Position numbers and translations under genes: made by a program. Positions 52,701 through 61,871 of a DNA stretch of 64,000 nt are shown in pieces. Numbering within the stretch: position 1 is the first letter of the stretch; each line of letters begins with the position of its first letter. The stretch comes from Candidatus Krumholzibacteriia bacterium. GTDB lineage: Bacteria > Krumholzibacteriota > Krumholzibacteriia > Krumholzibacteriales > Krumholzibacteriaceae. The stretch covers positions 512,001 through 576,000 of the forward strand of contig CAWIIQ010000001.1 of assembly GCA_963836185.1 (NCBI GenBank), read 5' to 3'. The notes under the pieces are model-generated. The model was not told the DNA's origin. It saw only the letters and a list, made by a program, of their open reading frames with translations, and ran no database searches.

Positions 52701-53110
52701 GGATTGGTCTTCGACTCGCGGATCGAGCGAAAGAGGATCTTGTCGCCCTTCGGGTGCCAGTCGACGACGAGGTCGCCGGATGAGTGATACGTAAGCCGCT
52801 TCGGGATCCCGCCGGTTACGGGGATCGTGTATATATCCTGGTTTCCGTCATAACTTCCTGAAAATGCCAGTGTCGCGCCGTCGGGAGAGAATTTCGCGAA
52901 TCCCTCGCCTCCGGTGTGTGTTGTAAGGCGCGTCGCCGTTCCGCCAGCGGACGGGACGGTCCAGATGTCTCCAGCATAAGTGAAGACGATGAGTTCCCCG
53001 TGGATGTCGGGGAATCGCATGAGCCGGCTTTCCTCGGTCACGGCATACACGTCTGCCGCCGTCAGAAGGACAGCCACCATTGCCAGGGCCAGTAATCCTC
53101 GCTTACCCAT
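49784..53110 (-). CDS. Tricorn protease homolog (S41B; beta-propellers + PDZ)
   Basis: WKRYKGG, IDVRYNSGG, AGSGGD, GKRTWGG and GVAPDIEV motifs; signal peptide. Confidence 0.95.
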   Translation of the reverse strand: MGKRGLLALAMVAVLLTAADVYAVTEESRLMRFPDIHGELIVFTYAGDIWTVPSAGGTATRLTTHTGGEGFAKFSPDGATLAFSGSYDGNQDIYTIPVTGGIPKRLTYHSSGDLVVDWHPKGDKILFRSIRESKTNPGPRYRKLFTIGTGGGYPEALPLFEGELTSYSADGKKIAYNRMSREFRTWKRYKGGMAQDIWLYDFEKNESAKLTEFEGTDAFPMWHGDKIYFISDRDHTMNIFSLDLATREIKKITNHNEYDVKFPSLGGDSIVYENGGYLYVLDLNTGKSNRIKVTIPSDHSWRRTRYVNASRNIRYFNVSSTGKRAIFGARGEIFTVPAEKGEVRNLTNTSGVRERSPAYSPDGKWVAYLSDKSGEYEIYTMKSDGTGEENQITKGLGNFPWLIYWSPDSEKILFHDESYQLYYVDIDAKKIVVIDEDPLFDINSYTWAGDSKWIAYTKNNEAGFSSIYLYNIDEGVAHKVTGDMHNDYGPSFDPGGKYLYFMSDRSINWTFNNFEFDIGYESASVVCALTLKADTPSLLAPESDEIEVKKEEKEEEKGDEEKKDEKADEENGKDKKDGDKEEEAEEDKAWEIDLDGLGDRLVVLPIGPGNIAGLVGLEDKLLYATFSGPNMTYGPPNGQFSGTIKYYDLKKRESKTVISGINGYDVSADGKKLIYSAMGQYGIIDIAPGKKVGDDKINTANLRMKLDPMEEWKQMFTEAWRFERDFFYVENMHGVNWKKIKKRYEALLPYLTTRDDLNYIIGEMIAELNIGHSYVGGGDYYPRSPRVSNGKLGCDFEVGKNGRYQISKIYKGRNWEPLFKAPLNQPGIDISEGDYLIAINGQELKYPTNPFDLLANTTGHQTVLKVSKEADGKDAKEWTVVPTGADIGLRYEDWVEGNRQKCLAASDGKIGYVHVPSTAITGLYEFGRQFFPQANMDGIVIDVRYNSGGWMPSLFVDRLGRELKSLWGSRYGIVRRFPMSGPTGHLACVINEYAGSGGDAFPYMFRQAGLGPLVGKRTWGGLVGMNRNTPLVDGGYLTVPTVGFMDPSGEYEVEGFGVAPDIEVENMPDEVVSGKDPQLEKTIEYLMNKIAEDPPKQIWKKPVDPDKS

Positions 53111-53318
53111 CAGGATCTCCTTTCAGGGGTAAAGAGAAAAGGGTGACTAAATGATTCATTCAAATCCAGTAACCTGTTGTTTGATATGACATTAAGACAG
53201 GACAACCCCGTAGACCGCCCCGCTCTTTAACAAAGGCACGCCAGTGCCGATATCTATACTACTTGTAGAGGGGTAAATAGTTTCAATTTTTTGCGATATA
53301 GTGAAACCGATGGCTGTT

Positions 53319-54665
53319 TTACCAGGCTGCCACGCAGATTCCATCGCGGCATTCGAGGGGGGGAGGTACGGGCACATCGCAGGTCGACATGTATCCATAT
53401 TTCATGTTCATGTAGTCCTCGAACGAGGCGTGTTCACTGACGAGTGCCTGCAGGTGCTGCTCGTCGACCGTCGAGGCTGAATAGATGAGAAACATCCAGG
53501 GGCCGCCGCATGGCTTCGAGCCTGTTCCGATGACCCTGCAGTCGTCATCGCCCGAACAGTACGGGGTTCCGATGTAATCGACGATCCTTTCGAACAACTC
53601 CTTCAACTTTGCCTGGTCCTGCTCTTCGCTAAATTCGACATCCCAGGGATATCCCTCGCGCTGGACGCAGTATTTCCAGGTGCCCTCCCGGGAGAGGTCG
53701 ACCGTGATCTCGAGCTGCTCCTGTCCCACGGGGAGGTACGGCTCGACGAACCGGATCGTCGTGACCGCCTGCTCGTAGTTGGCTATCGAGTAGTTGACGT
53801 CATATAGACAGATGCAGTCGCAGAGCCCGCCGGGCGGGTGCTCGATCCCGGTGATCGTTATAAGGCCCTCCGCGAATTCGAAGTCGGCGTCGAGGGCGTC
53901 GACGCAGCAGTTGTATGCCGTATTCGTTTGGTATATCCGAAGGAGGTTGTCGGCGGGGAAGTTATACAATATCACGCATGCGGAATCGGCGCTTAAAGAT
54001 CCGGCGTCGTCGTTTGTCCCGGTCACGTCCTTGCACCCGCTGTAGTTATCGATCATGCCGATCGGATCCTCGCCGGCCTGGCCGGTGTTCCACGGGTATG
54101 TGAATCGCTGAACGCAGTGTGAGCCTGAAGGTTCGGCATCGAGGTCTATCGAGATATAGAGCGGTTCCGCTCCCTCGTCGAGATACTCCTCGAAGAACCT
54201 TATCCAGAGGGCGCCTCCTTCTATCCCCGCTATCTCGTATGAGAGATCGTAAAGGCAGAGGCAGTGGCACATCAAAGCGTCGTCGCCTTCGGTCTCCGTG
54301 ATATTGAGTCCCACGAGTTGAGTATCATCCTGGTTGTCATAGATGGCGTTGTAAACGGGTTCGATGAGCCCGACAATCGTCCCGGGGCAGCAGTTCAGAG
54401 CCGCGTTAAGATGGACGACCCTCAGGGTATCGGAGCCGTCCCATTCCCAGAAGACGCAGTCCAGAACGGTCGGCGCGCCGGCATCGAAGCCATATTCGTT
54501 CTCCTTGCACTCTGTAGCGTGGACGAGTGTCCCGGAGAGGTTTAAGGGCTCATGGCCGACCGGCGGTGTGATCTCGTCGCTGCAGCCGTGCGTGAGAAGC
54601 GCGAGTGTCAGGATCATCGTCGAGAGTGATATAAGGCGGATCAGGCGAGTCTTGTCGGAAAACAT
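53319..54665 (-). CDS. Cysteine-rich lipoprotein
   Basis: Lipobox THGC; two NCC...CxCxCLYD domains; C-terminal KPCGGP...STC domain. Start chosen by RBS AGGGGG. Confidence 0.8.
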   Translation of the reverse strand: MFSDKTRLIRLISLSTMILTLALLTHGCSDEITPPVGHEPLNLSGTLVHATECKENEYGFDAGAPTVLDCVFWEWDGSDTLRVVHLNAALNCCPGTIVGLIEPVYNAIYDNQDDTQLVGLNITETEGDDALMCHCLCLYDLSYEIAGIEGGALWIRFFEEYLDEGAEPLYISIDLDAEPSGSHCVQRFTYPWNTGQAGEDPIGMIDNYSGCKDVTGTNDDAGSLSADSACVILYNFPADNLLRIYQTNTAYNCCVDALDADFEFAEGLITITGIEHPPGGLCDCICLYDVNYSIANYEQAVTTIRFVEPYLPVGQEQLEITVDLSREGTWKYCVQREGYPWDVEFSEEQDQAKLKELFERIVDYIGTPYCSGDDDCRVIGTGSKPCGGPWMFLIYSASTVDEQHLQALVSEHASFEDYMNMKYGYMSTCDVPVPPPLECRDGICVAAW

Positions 54666-54833
54666 CGTAATCATCCCCCTGGCCCGAGAGGGCCGGAATA
54701 TCGCGGTGAGGTCCACATATAAAGATAGCCGCGTACCCTGGGCGTGTCAACCGCCTCGGGAAGGTGTATAACCCGTTGAACACACAGGGCCGTTCCGCTA
54801 GAGTATCGGTGGTTCTTTTACAAGGCGGTAGAT

Positions 54834-57302
54834 ATGACAAAGCGTACGAAAAGACTGCTTGTTACCCTCTGCGTCATCGCCGGGGTGATAATAGCGGCGA
54901 GTATAATTCTCAGGGTCGTGCTTACCAAGGAACGTCTCACAGCGATGATCGTACCGAGGATCGAGGCGCGCGCAGGCGCCGAGATCGAATTTGCCGACAT
55001 CGGCATCAGGTTTCCATTCGGGTTCGGCGTGAGGATCGACAGGCTGCAGGTCTCCAGGGTCATGCCGGAGGGAGGAGCGATCAGCCTGACCGCCGAGAAA
55101 TTCAACGTAGATGTCTCGCTTATGAGCCTCGTGAGGCGCAGGCCCGAGGTCAAGAGTGTCACCCTCGGGGGAGCGGCCCTGAGCATAACGGGCGTGGCGC
55201 CTGATATCGATGTTGAGGTCGAGCAGCTCGGCGCGAAACTGTCGATGACTCCGTTTGATTCGATCTTTGTCCTCGATCCGGATATCTCCGCGGAAAAGAT
55301 CACGATCATCACGACAGCGACAGGCGAGAGGATGGAACTGCCTCCGTTGAGCTTCAGCGGAAGGGTTGAGGCGCAGGCCGACCTGACCCGGGCGGCCGTA
55401 AGGGACGGTAAACTTTCGATCGCCGACCTCGCGGCCTTCCAGGTCGAGGGCGACATGGCCGACCTGCGCGGAAGCCGGGAATTCACCATGAGCGTGAAAT
55501 CGTCAGGCCTCGAGGTGAAGCAGCTCTTTGGCCTTCTCGTGGAGAAGGGGTTGCTGAAACTGCCGGAGGATCAGCCTGAATTCACTGTCGAGAGCGGGAC
55601 CGCGGGTATCGAGGCAAGGGCCGCCGGCATGGTTTCCGATCCTTCCGGGATCATGGTCAGCGGCAGGTTCGATATGGAAGAGCTGGTGGTCAGCGTGCGG
55701 CCGGCCCCGGCGCTCACGGCGGATGGATCTGTCGATTTCTCCGATTCGCGGGTGTCGTCAAAGAATCTATCGCTCAAGACGGAAAAATCGAAGGCGACGG
55801 TCGCTTTCGGGATGGATATAGACAAGGCACAGAAAAAGCCCGAATACCTCAGCTTCGACGTCCAGGCCAGAATCGATCTGGGCGAGCTGAGCTCGATAGC
55901 GCCTGCCGGGCCTGATCAGGAAGAACCGATTGTAATGGAGGGGACACTGAAAACCGTTTTCAAGGGAGGCGCCCGGCCCGTTACCCTGAAGAATCTCTTC
56001 CCGCCCAAAGATGGCGGAACCACTCCGGAGAAGATCTCCCGCGCATGGAAGGATCTCAAGCTCGACGGGACCATCGATCTGTCCGCTGACGAACTGTCCG
56101 GGGAGAAGGGTCCGGCGAGTATCTCCTCGCTTGAAACGACAGCCGCTATCAACGGCGGGAGCGTCAAGTCGATCGATGCATCGTTCGATATGGGGGGAAG
56201 GCCGTGGAAGGTCAAGGGTGAGATGAAGGATGTCATGCCGGCTCTCGCCGAGCTGATGCTCTTCGCCCAGAAAGGCGAGATGCCTGAAACGCTGGGGCCG
56301 GTGCTCGACGGGCTCATCAATTCCCCCGACATGTCGATATATGTGGAGGGACGGGCGTTCGATGCCGCGGCATTCCAGGCCGAGGCCGAAAAGGCGAAAA
56401 TCTCGGCTGACAAGAGTTCCGGCGGCGGGGGTGCGCCGATGGAAAAGGCCGGCGCTGACCCTATGATCGCGAATCCCGTGACACTTCTTATGCTGAAGAA
56501 GACATTCGTATCCGTGAAGGTAGATTCGATAATCTCGAAGGGGGCTGTCCTTACATCCCTCGACGCCCGGGGCAGGATAAGCAACGGTGTTCTCCGGGCG
56601 GACCCCGTTACGGTCGAATACGCAGGCGGTAAAGGGAAAGGCAGGCTTGTCTCGGATCTTCGCGATCCATCGAAGATACGTAATGATATAGACATAGATT
56701 TTACCGGCATCGATGCGGGCAAGGCTCTTTCGGGTTTCAACAGCGCCGGAGGCCTGGTGAGCGGGAAATTCGCAATGAAACTCGACGGCCGGTTCGCCGC
56801 GGGCCCCGGTATGGATATCCTGCAGAACCTGACCGCCACAGGCAGGGCGACCTCTACGAGCGGCACGGTCGATTTCACGCGGTTTATGGCTCCGCTCAAG
56901 TCGGCGGGATTCAACCTTTCCTCGATCGAGAAGTTTGATTTCCACGAGTGGACCGAGAAGTTCGTGATCGATAAGGGCAGGGTCAGCAGCGAGGTCTGGA
57001 CGATAAAGTCGAATAGCGGAGACTGGGACGTCGCGGGATCGTTCGGTTTCGACGGGACGCTCGACTACAAGGCGGGACTAGTGATAAACCCGCAGCAGCA
57101 GGCGCAGATGAAGGATCTGGCTAAGTACGCCGCGATCATCGATCTCTTCAAGGATGACGCGGGGAACATACTCCTTATGCTCGATATCGGAGGCACGGCA
57201 AAGCAGCCGAAAGTGAGGCTCGATCAGTCGAGGGCTAAGGAGAACGCGGGGAAAAAGCTGATCGATGGAGCCAGGGACAAGCTCAAGGACCTGTTCAAAT
57301 AG
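54834..57302 (+). CDS. AsmA-family protein
   Basis: N-terminal TM; beta-rich body; GSFGFDGTLDY and IGGTAKQPKV C-terminal pattern. Confidence 0.75.
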   Translation: MTKRTKRLLVTLCVIAGVIIAASIILRVVLTKERLTAMIVPRIEARAGAEIEFADIGIRFPFGFGVRIDRLQVSRVMPEGGAISLTAEKFNVDVSLMSLVRRRPEVKSVTLGGAALSITGVAPDIDVEVEQLGAKLSMTPFDSIFVLDPDISAEKITIITTATGERMELPPLSFSGRVEAQADLTRAAVRDGKLSIADLAAFQVEGDMADLRGSREFTMSVKSSGLEVKQLFGLLVEKGLLKLPEDQPEFTVESGTAGIEARAAGMVSDPSGIMVSGRFDMEELVVSVRPAPALTADGSVDFSDSRVSSKNLSLKTEKSKATVAFGMDIDKAQKKPEYLSFDVQARIDLGELSSIAPAGPDQEEPIVMEGTLKTVFKGGARPVTLKNLFPPKDGGTTPEKISRAWKDLKLDGTIDLSADELSGEKGPASISSLETTAAINGGSVKSIDASFDMGGRPWKVKGEMKDVMPALAELMLFAQKGEMPETLGPVLDGLINSPDMSIYVEGRAFDAAAFQAEAEKAKISADKSSGGGGAPMEKAGADPMIANPVTLLMLKKTFVSVKVDSIISKGAVLTSLDARGRISNGVLRADPVTVEYAGGKGKGRLVSDLRDPSKIRNDIDIDFTGIDAGKALSGFNSAGGLVSGKFAMKLDGRFAAGPGMDILQNLTATGRATSTSGTVDFTRFMAPLKSAGFNLSSIEKFDFHEWTEKFVIDKGRVSSEVWTIKSNSGDWDVAGSFGFDGTLDYKAGLVINPQQQAQMKDLAKYAAIIDLFKDDAGNILLMLDIGGTAKQPKVRLDQSRAKENAGKKLIDGARDKLKDLFK

Positions 57303-57324
57303 GACGACGATCGACTGTGCATAG

Positions 57325-57378
57325 AAAAAGCCCCCCGGGATCAGCGGCTCTCAAGCCGCGTCTCCCGAGGGGCATTTT
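57325..57378. terminator. Bidirectional terminator-like hairpin
   Basis: AAAAGCCCCCCGGGA..GCGGC/GCCGC..TCCCGAGGGGCATTTT between convergent genes. Confidence 0.65.
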
Positions 57379-57396
57379 ATCTAAACTATGCGACCT

Positions 57397-58242
57397 CTAC
57401 TCAGAGTAGTTCAGGGCCGCGGCGCGTCCGTTTACCTCGACGATGCTTTTCAGCTCGTCACAGGTAGATATGATCGGACGGTCGTTGATCGAGGACGGGC
57501 TCGGACCTATCTTGAACGACAGGTTGTCGAGATCCTCGAGAAGCAGAAGGCCGAAAGTAACGACAAGAGCGTTGCCGTAATAGGCCTCGTGCCATTCCCT
57601 GTTGAACGTGATAGCGACGCCGCTGAACGGATCGCCCATCGTCAACTCGACTGCATCCGAATAACTGACATACGAATGGGTATACTGCGTGCCAAGCTGA
57701 AGAGGATTGCCATTCTGGTCCTCTATCGTTACCTGGAACTCGGTGCCAAACGCACACTCCTGATCTCCACCCTCGAGCATAATGAATATGTAGCAATCGA
57801 GAGGTGTGAACGCCATCGTCTCGCCGCCGCACACAGTCGCTTCGCCATCATAGAAGATAGCGATCGAAGGATTGGCAGGAACTTCGACGTCGAGAGTGTA
57901 AGCGGCCTGGTCGGTGTGGGGAGTTCCGGCGGCGTCAGTAGCGACGACGCTGAAGTTCCACGTACCCGAGTCCTCCAGAAGCCCCATGATCTGGCCTTCC
58001 GAGGAAAGGGTGACACCGGCAGGAAGCGTCGAACCAGCAGCAAGGGACCAGGTGTAAGGTGCCGTACCGCCGGTAGCTTCGAGCTGGATGTTGTACGGAG
58101 TACAGGTGTAACCCGTAGAAATCGCAGCGGTGGTGATCCCGAACTCTGTCGGCTCAGGGTTCACCGGTGAATCGTCATCCGAACAGGCAACCATTAGCCC
58201 GGCCAGTGACAATGCCATAAGGACCAGGAAGACCTTCCTCAT
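57397..58242 (-). CDS. Lipoprotein with putative Ig (He_PIG-like) domain
   Basis: Lipobox VAC; LEATGGTAPYTWSLAAGSTLPAGVTLSSEG. Confidence 0.85.
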   Translation of the reverse strand: MRKVFLVLMALSLAGLMVACSDDDSPVNPEPTEFGITTAAISTGYTCTPYNIQLEATGGTAPYTWSLAAGSTLPAGVTLSSEGQIMGLLEDSGTWNFSVVATDAAGTPHTDQAAYTLDVEVPANPSIAIFYDGEATVCGGETMAFTPLDCYIFIMLEGGDQECAFGTEFQVTIEDQNGNPLQLGTQYTHSYVSYSDAVELTMGDPFSGVAITFNREWHEAYYGNALVVTFGLLLLEDLDNLSFKIGPSPSSINDRPIISTCDELKSIVEVNGRAAALNYSE

Positions 58243-58295
58243 GATGAGACCTCCTTCTCTTCAAGTGAGTCCTGTTGTCCCCTCGACGACCTTTG

Positions 58296-58311
58296 AGCAA
58301 CCAGTGTGCCA
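58296..58311 (-). promoter_or_regulatory. Sigma54 (-24/-12) promoter
   Basis: Minus strand TGGCAC-ACTGG-TTGCT is a perfect consensus match, about 54 bp upstream of the lipoprotein start. Confidence 0.8.
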
Positions 58312-58476
58312 ATCACAACCGGCTCTTCTTGTGGTGTGTTAACGTCTGTTATTATAGGGATTTAGACCTATTGCGAGAAGGGTGTCTCAGGGCCCGGTAC
58401 TGCCCAGTTGATTCTCATAATGCCATACTCGTGCGTGTAGCGTTCTGCCATGTTCTCTGATTGCGTGCTGTTGAGC

Positions 58477-59115
58477 CTACCGGTCCCTCATCGCTCTTTT
58501 CAGCGCTGTAAAGACCTCGGTTGGGGCAGGGGTGCCTTCTATGGCTAACAGGCGGCCCGCATCGCGGTACATGTCTATCACGGGCTGGACGTCGCTGTGG
58601 AATATCTCGAGTCTTTTTCGTATCGCCCCGGCGTTATCATCGGGGCGCAGCCCGATTTCTCCACCGCATGCATTGCAGACGCCGGTCCTCGCCGGAGGGT
58701 GGAAAGCCGCGTGGTAGATAGCGCCGCAGCCGGAGCAGGTGAGGCGGCTCGATATCCTGTCGACAATAAGATCGTCAGGAACGTCGATGAGCAGACACCG
58801 CCCGGGGCGGTACCTTGCATCGAGCTTTTCAGCCTGGTAGATGGTCCGGGGGAATCCGTCGAGGATATATCCCGAAGAGTATCCTTTTCTCTCTATATAA
58901 TTGAATACGACATCGGTGATCAGCTCCTGCGGGCCGATCTCTCCCCTGAGCACGTATTCCTCTATCCGTACGCCGAACGGGGTCCTTTCCTTTATCTCGT
59001 CGCGAAGTATCGCTCCGCTGGAAAGATGGGGCAGCCCTGTCTCTTCAGACAGCATCGCTGCCTGCGTTCCCTTCCCCGATCCCGGTTTTCCCAGCAGAAC
59101 AATTCGCATATTCAT
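58477..59115 (-). CDS. adk: Adenylate kinase (zinc LID type)
   Basis: GKPGSGKGTQA, ILDGFPRT, CSGCG..CNACG and RPDD motifs. May be a paralog of the main adk. Confidence 0.9.
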   Translation of the reverse strand: MNMRIVLLGKPGSGKGTQAAMLSEETGLPHLSSGAILRDEIKERTPFGVRIEEYVLRGEIGPQELITDVVFNYIERKGYSSGYILDGFPRTIYQAEKLDARYRPGRCLLIDVPDDLIVDRISSRLTCSGCGAIYHAAFHPPARTGVCNACGGEIGLRPDDNAGAIRKRLEIFHSDVQPVIDMYRDAGRLLAIEGTPAPTEVFTALKRAMRDR

Positions 59116-59267
59116 CCTTTTGCCGTGAATATTCGAGGCGGCTACAGGGTATTATGTACGGCCGGAAGGGGTCAATGAGTGATTGTCGGCCGCGCCGCGA
59201 GGCGGTATAATCGTGGCCGGATACTTAAGCGGCGGAATCAACCGGGAAACTGTGGAGGTAGGAAGCT

Positions 59268-59819
59268 ATGGCATGGATACTTTTGATCGCGGTCGTCCTG
59301 ATCGTCTTCTGGGCGGTCGGCCTGTACAACACGCTCGTACGGCTTCGCAAGAGGTGCGACAACGGGTGGGCGCAGATCGACGTTCAGCTAAAACGCAGGT
59401 ATGACCTGATACCGAACCTCGTGGAGACGGCCAAGGGTTATCTCAAGCACGAGAGAGAGGTCCTCGAAAATGTGACCAAGGCAAGGCAGCAGGCGATAGA
59501 CGCATCTGGAGTGAAGGATCAGGCGCAGGCCGAGAATTTCCTCTCGCAGACGCTGAAATCCCTGTTCGCGGTCGTTGAGGCCTATCCCGACCTGAAGGCG
59601 AACCAGAACATGCTCGCCGTTCAGGAGGAGCTCGTCTCGACGGAGAACAAGATCTCGTTTGCGAGGCAGCACTATAATGACACCGTTATGAGGTATAACA
59701 CGAGGACCGAGGTCTTCCCCTCGAGCATCGTCGCCGGCATGTTCGGATTCGAGGAACGCGAATTCTTCGAGCTCGAAGACGAAGCGCAGCGCGAGGCGCC
59801 CAAGGTCGACTTCTCCTGA
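59268..59819 (+). CDS. lemA: LemA family protein
   Basis: IDVQLKRRYDLIPNLVET, EAYPDLKAN and TENKISFARQ motifs. Confidence 0.95.
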   Translation: MAWILLIAVVLIVFWAVGLYNTLVRLRKRCDNGWAQIDVQLKRRYDLIPNLVETAKGYLKHEREVLENVTKARQQAIDASGVKDQAQAENFLSQTLKSLFAVVEAYPDLKANQNMLAVQEELVSTENKISFARQHYNDTVMRYNTRTEVFPSSIVAGMFGFEEREFFELEDEAQREAPKVDFS

Positions 59820-59825
59820 TAAGAC

Positions 59826-60716
59826 ATGTACGACCAGATATCGCAGAACAAGCGGAACTCATGGTTGCTCGTGATCGTCATCACGATCTTCCTCGTGCTT
59901 CTCGGGTACCTGATGGGAGAGTACTGGGCGAAGGGATACGGTTACGGGGGGATCATATTCGCTCTGGTTATCGCCCTCATCTCGGGGCTGATAAGCTATT
60001 ACGGCGGCGCCGGCATGATACTGGCGATGAGCCGGGCTAAAAAGATCGAGAAGAAGGACCACCCGCAACTGTTCAATGTGATCGATGAGCTCTCGATCTC
60101 TGCCGGCGTGCCGATGCCCGCTATCTATATAATAGATGATACGGCGCCGAACGCCTTCGCTACGGGACGCGATCCCGAGCACGCCTCTGTCGCCATCACG
60201 ACGGGACTGCTTTCAAAGCTCGACCGCGACGAACTGCAGGGTGTGATGGCCCACGAACTCTCACATGTCCAGAACCGCGACATCCTCTTTTCGATGATGG
60301 TCGGGATCATGGTCGGTTCGATCGTCCTTATAAGTGATTTTTTCGTTCGCAGCGTCATCTGGGGAAGGGGAGGCAGGAGAAAGGGGAACGACAAGAGCTC
60401 GGGGCCGCTGATCCTCATCGGCCTGGTCCTCGCCATACTTGCGCCCATTTTCGCGAAAATGCTCCAGCTGGCCGTATCGAGGCAGCGCGAGTATCTCGCC
60501 GACGCCTCGGCGGCGCTGATAACACGTTATCCGGAGGGACTCGCCAGCGCGCTGGAAAAGATATCGGAGGACAAGGAAGTCCTGGAGGTCGCCAACCGGG
60601 CGACGCAGCACCTCTATATCGTCAACCCGATCAAGCCGTTCGAGAAGCGGGCGAAATCGCTGTTCAGCACACACCCACCGATCGAAGAGCGTGTAGCGAG
60701 ACTTCGTTCAATGTAA
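59826..60716 (+). CDS. htpX: M48 zinc metalloprotease HtpX
   Basis: PNAFATG, AHELSH, SRQREYLAD and FSTHPP motifs; follows lemA. Confidence 0.93.
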   Translation: MYDQISQNKRNSWLLVIVITIFLVLLGYLMGEYWAKGYGYGGIIFALVIALISGLISYYGGAGMILAMSRAKKIEKKDHPQLFNVIDELSISAGVPMPAIYIIDDTAPNAFATGRDPEHASVAITTGLLSKLDRDELQGVMAHELSHVQNRDILFSMMVGIMVGSIVLISDFFVRSVIWGRGGRRKGNDKSSGPLILIGLVLAILAPIFAKMLQLAVSRQREYLADASAALITRYPEGLASALEKISEDKEVLEVANRATQHLYIVNPIKPFEKRAKSLFSTHPPIEERVARLRSM

Positions 60717-60723
60717 TAAAGGC

Positions 60724-60812
60724 CCGGTATTCCCCTCGGAATCCCCGGATGAAACGCCGATATTCCCCTCTGAATCCCCGGAGGCACCGAGGGATTCAAC
60801 GGGGAATACCGG
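60724..60812. repeat. Direct + inverted repeat element between convergent genes
   Basis: ccggtattcccctcggaatccccgga (60724), ccgatattcccctctgaatccccgga (60757) and inverted copy gggattcaacggggaataccgg (60791). Confidence 0.8.
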
Positions 60813-60835
60813 CTCTTATGACTCTGAAATAAATA

Positions 60836-61798
60836 TCAGACCAGCAACTTGCCCGAATCCATAATAACCTTGCCGTCCAGCTCGAGCGTCGGGTCCTTGA
60901 TTATCCCATCCAGATGGATCGGGACGTCGAAAGTGCCGCCCATCGACATATTGTTACCCAGTGCGATGTGGACGGTGCCCATGACCTTTTCGTCCTCGAG
61001 TATGTTCCCGATGATCTTTGCCGCGTCGTTGGTTCCGACACCGAGCTCGGCGGTATGGAAAGCCTTCTTTCCGACGGCTTCGAGCTTCGACCTCAGCTCA
61101 TCGGCTTCAGGGCCGCCGGTGATCTCTACGGCGTAGCCTCCCTCGACCTTGATCGTGATCGGCGTCTTGCCGTTCAGGTCGCCGATTCCCGCCATCGAGC
61201 CGTCGACTATAAATACGCCGTGCGACTGTTCCTCCGCCGGCATCATGTACGATTCGCCCGAAGGGAGGTTGCCGAAAGAGCCGGGATCGTGGATCAGCCC
61301 CGTAGACGGTATCGCGTTTATCCCGTCTATAGGGATCGTGAGGTCGGTGCCGAGGGCCGTTGTCACCCTGGCGACCTTCGCCTTGTCGAGAAGGGCAGTG
61401 ACTTCGTGGGTCCTGTCCGCGATAGCGTAATAATCGGCGTTGAGGCACCTGACCATCGTGTCGAGAGTGATGCCGGGCATCGTTGCCACCCTCGAACCGG
61501 CCTCGCACGCGTTACGCCGCGCCGCTGTATGGGTCAGAGATTTCGAGGCGGGGCAGATGACGGCGTCTGCGAATTTCATCGCCTCCGAGACCATCTTCGG
61601 CGGTTCTTCGCCGTTTCGGCTCAACGGCTGCATCTCCATTATCACGCTTGTCGCGCCGAGTGAGCGTCCTGCCTCGACGAGGGCCCTGCCTATCCCGACC
61701 AGTTCGGTGTCGGTCACTACGAGTAGTTTCTCGCCTTCGACAACCTTGAGGCAGTCCCTTACAGCTATCAGGGCCGAGTCCATCAGAGCCTTGTCCAT
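60836..61798 (-). CDS. M29-like (thermophilic metalloprotease / leucyl) aminopeptidase
   Basis: SLTHT, NLPSGE, AELGVGTN, EDEKVMGTVHIALGNN and HLDG motifs. Confidence 0.9.
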   Translation of the reverse strand: MDKALMDSALIAVRDCLKVVEGEKLLVVTDTELVGIGRALVEAGRSLGATSVIMEMQPLSRNGEEPPKMVSEAMKFADAVICPASKSLTHTAARRNACEAGSRVATMPGITLDTMVRCLNADYYAIADRTHEVTALLDKAKVARVTTALGTDLTIPIDGINAIPSTGLIHDPGSFGNLPSGESYMMPAEEQSHGVFIVDGSMAGIGDLNGKTPITIKVEGGYAVEITGGPEADELRSKLEAVGKKAFHTAELGVGTNDAAKIIGNILEDEKVMGTVHIALGNNMSMGGTFDVPIHLDGIIKDPTLELDGKVIMDSGKLLV

Positions 61799-61871
61799 TA
61801 TGGTCCTTTCGTTTCATTTGAATGTTGATTGCGTATTCAGCGTGGAGATTCTAGCAGGTACCGCGGGACAG

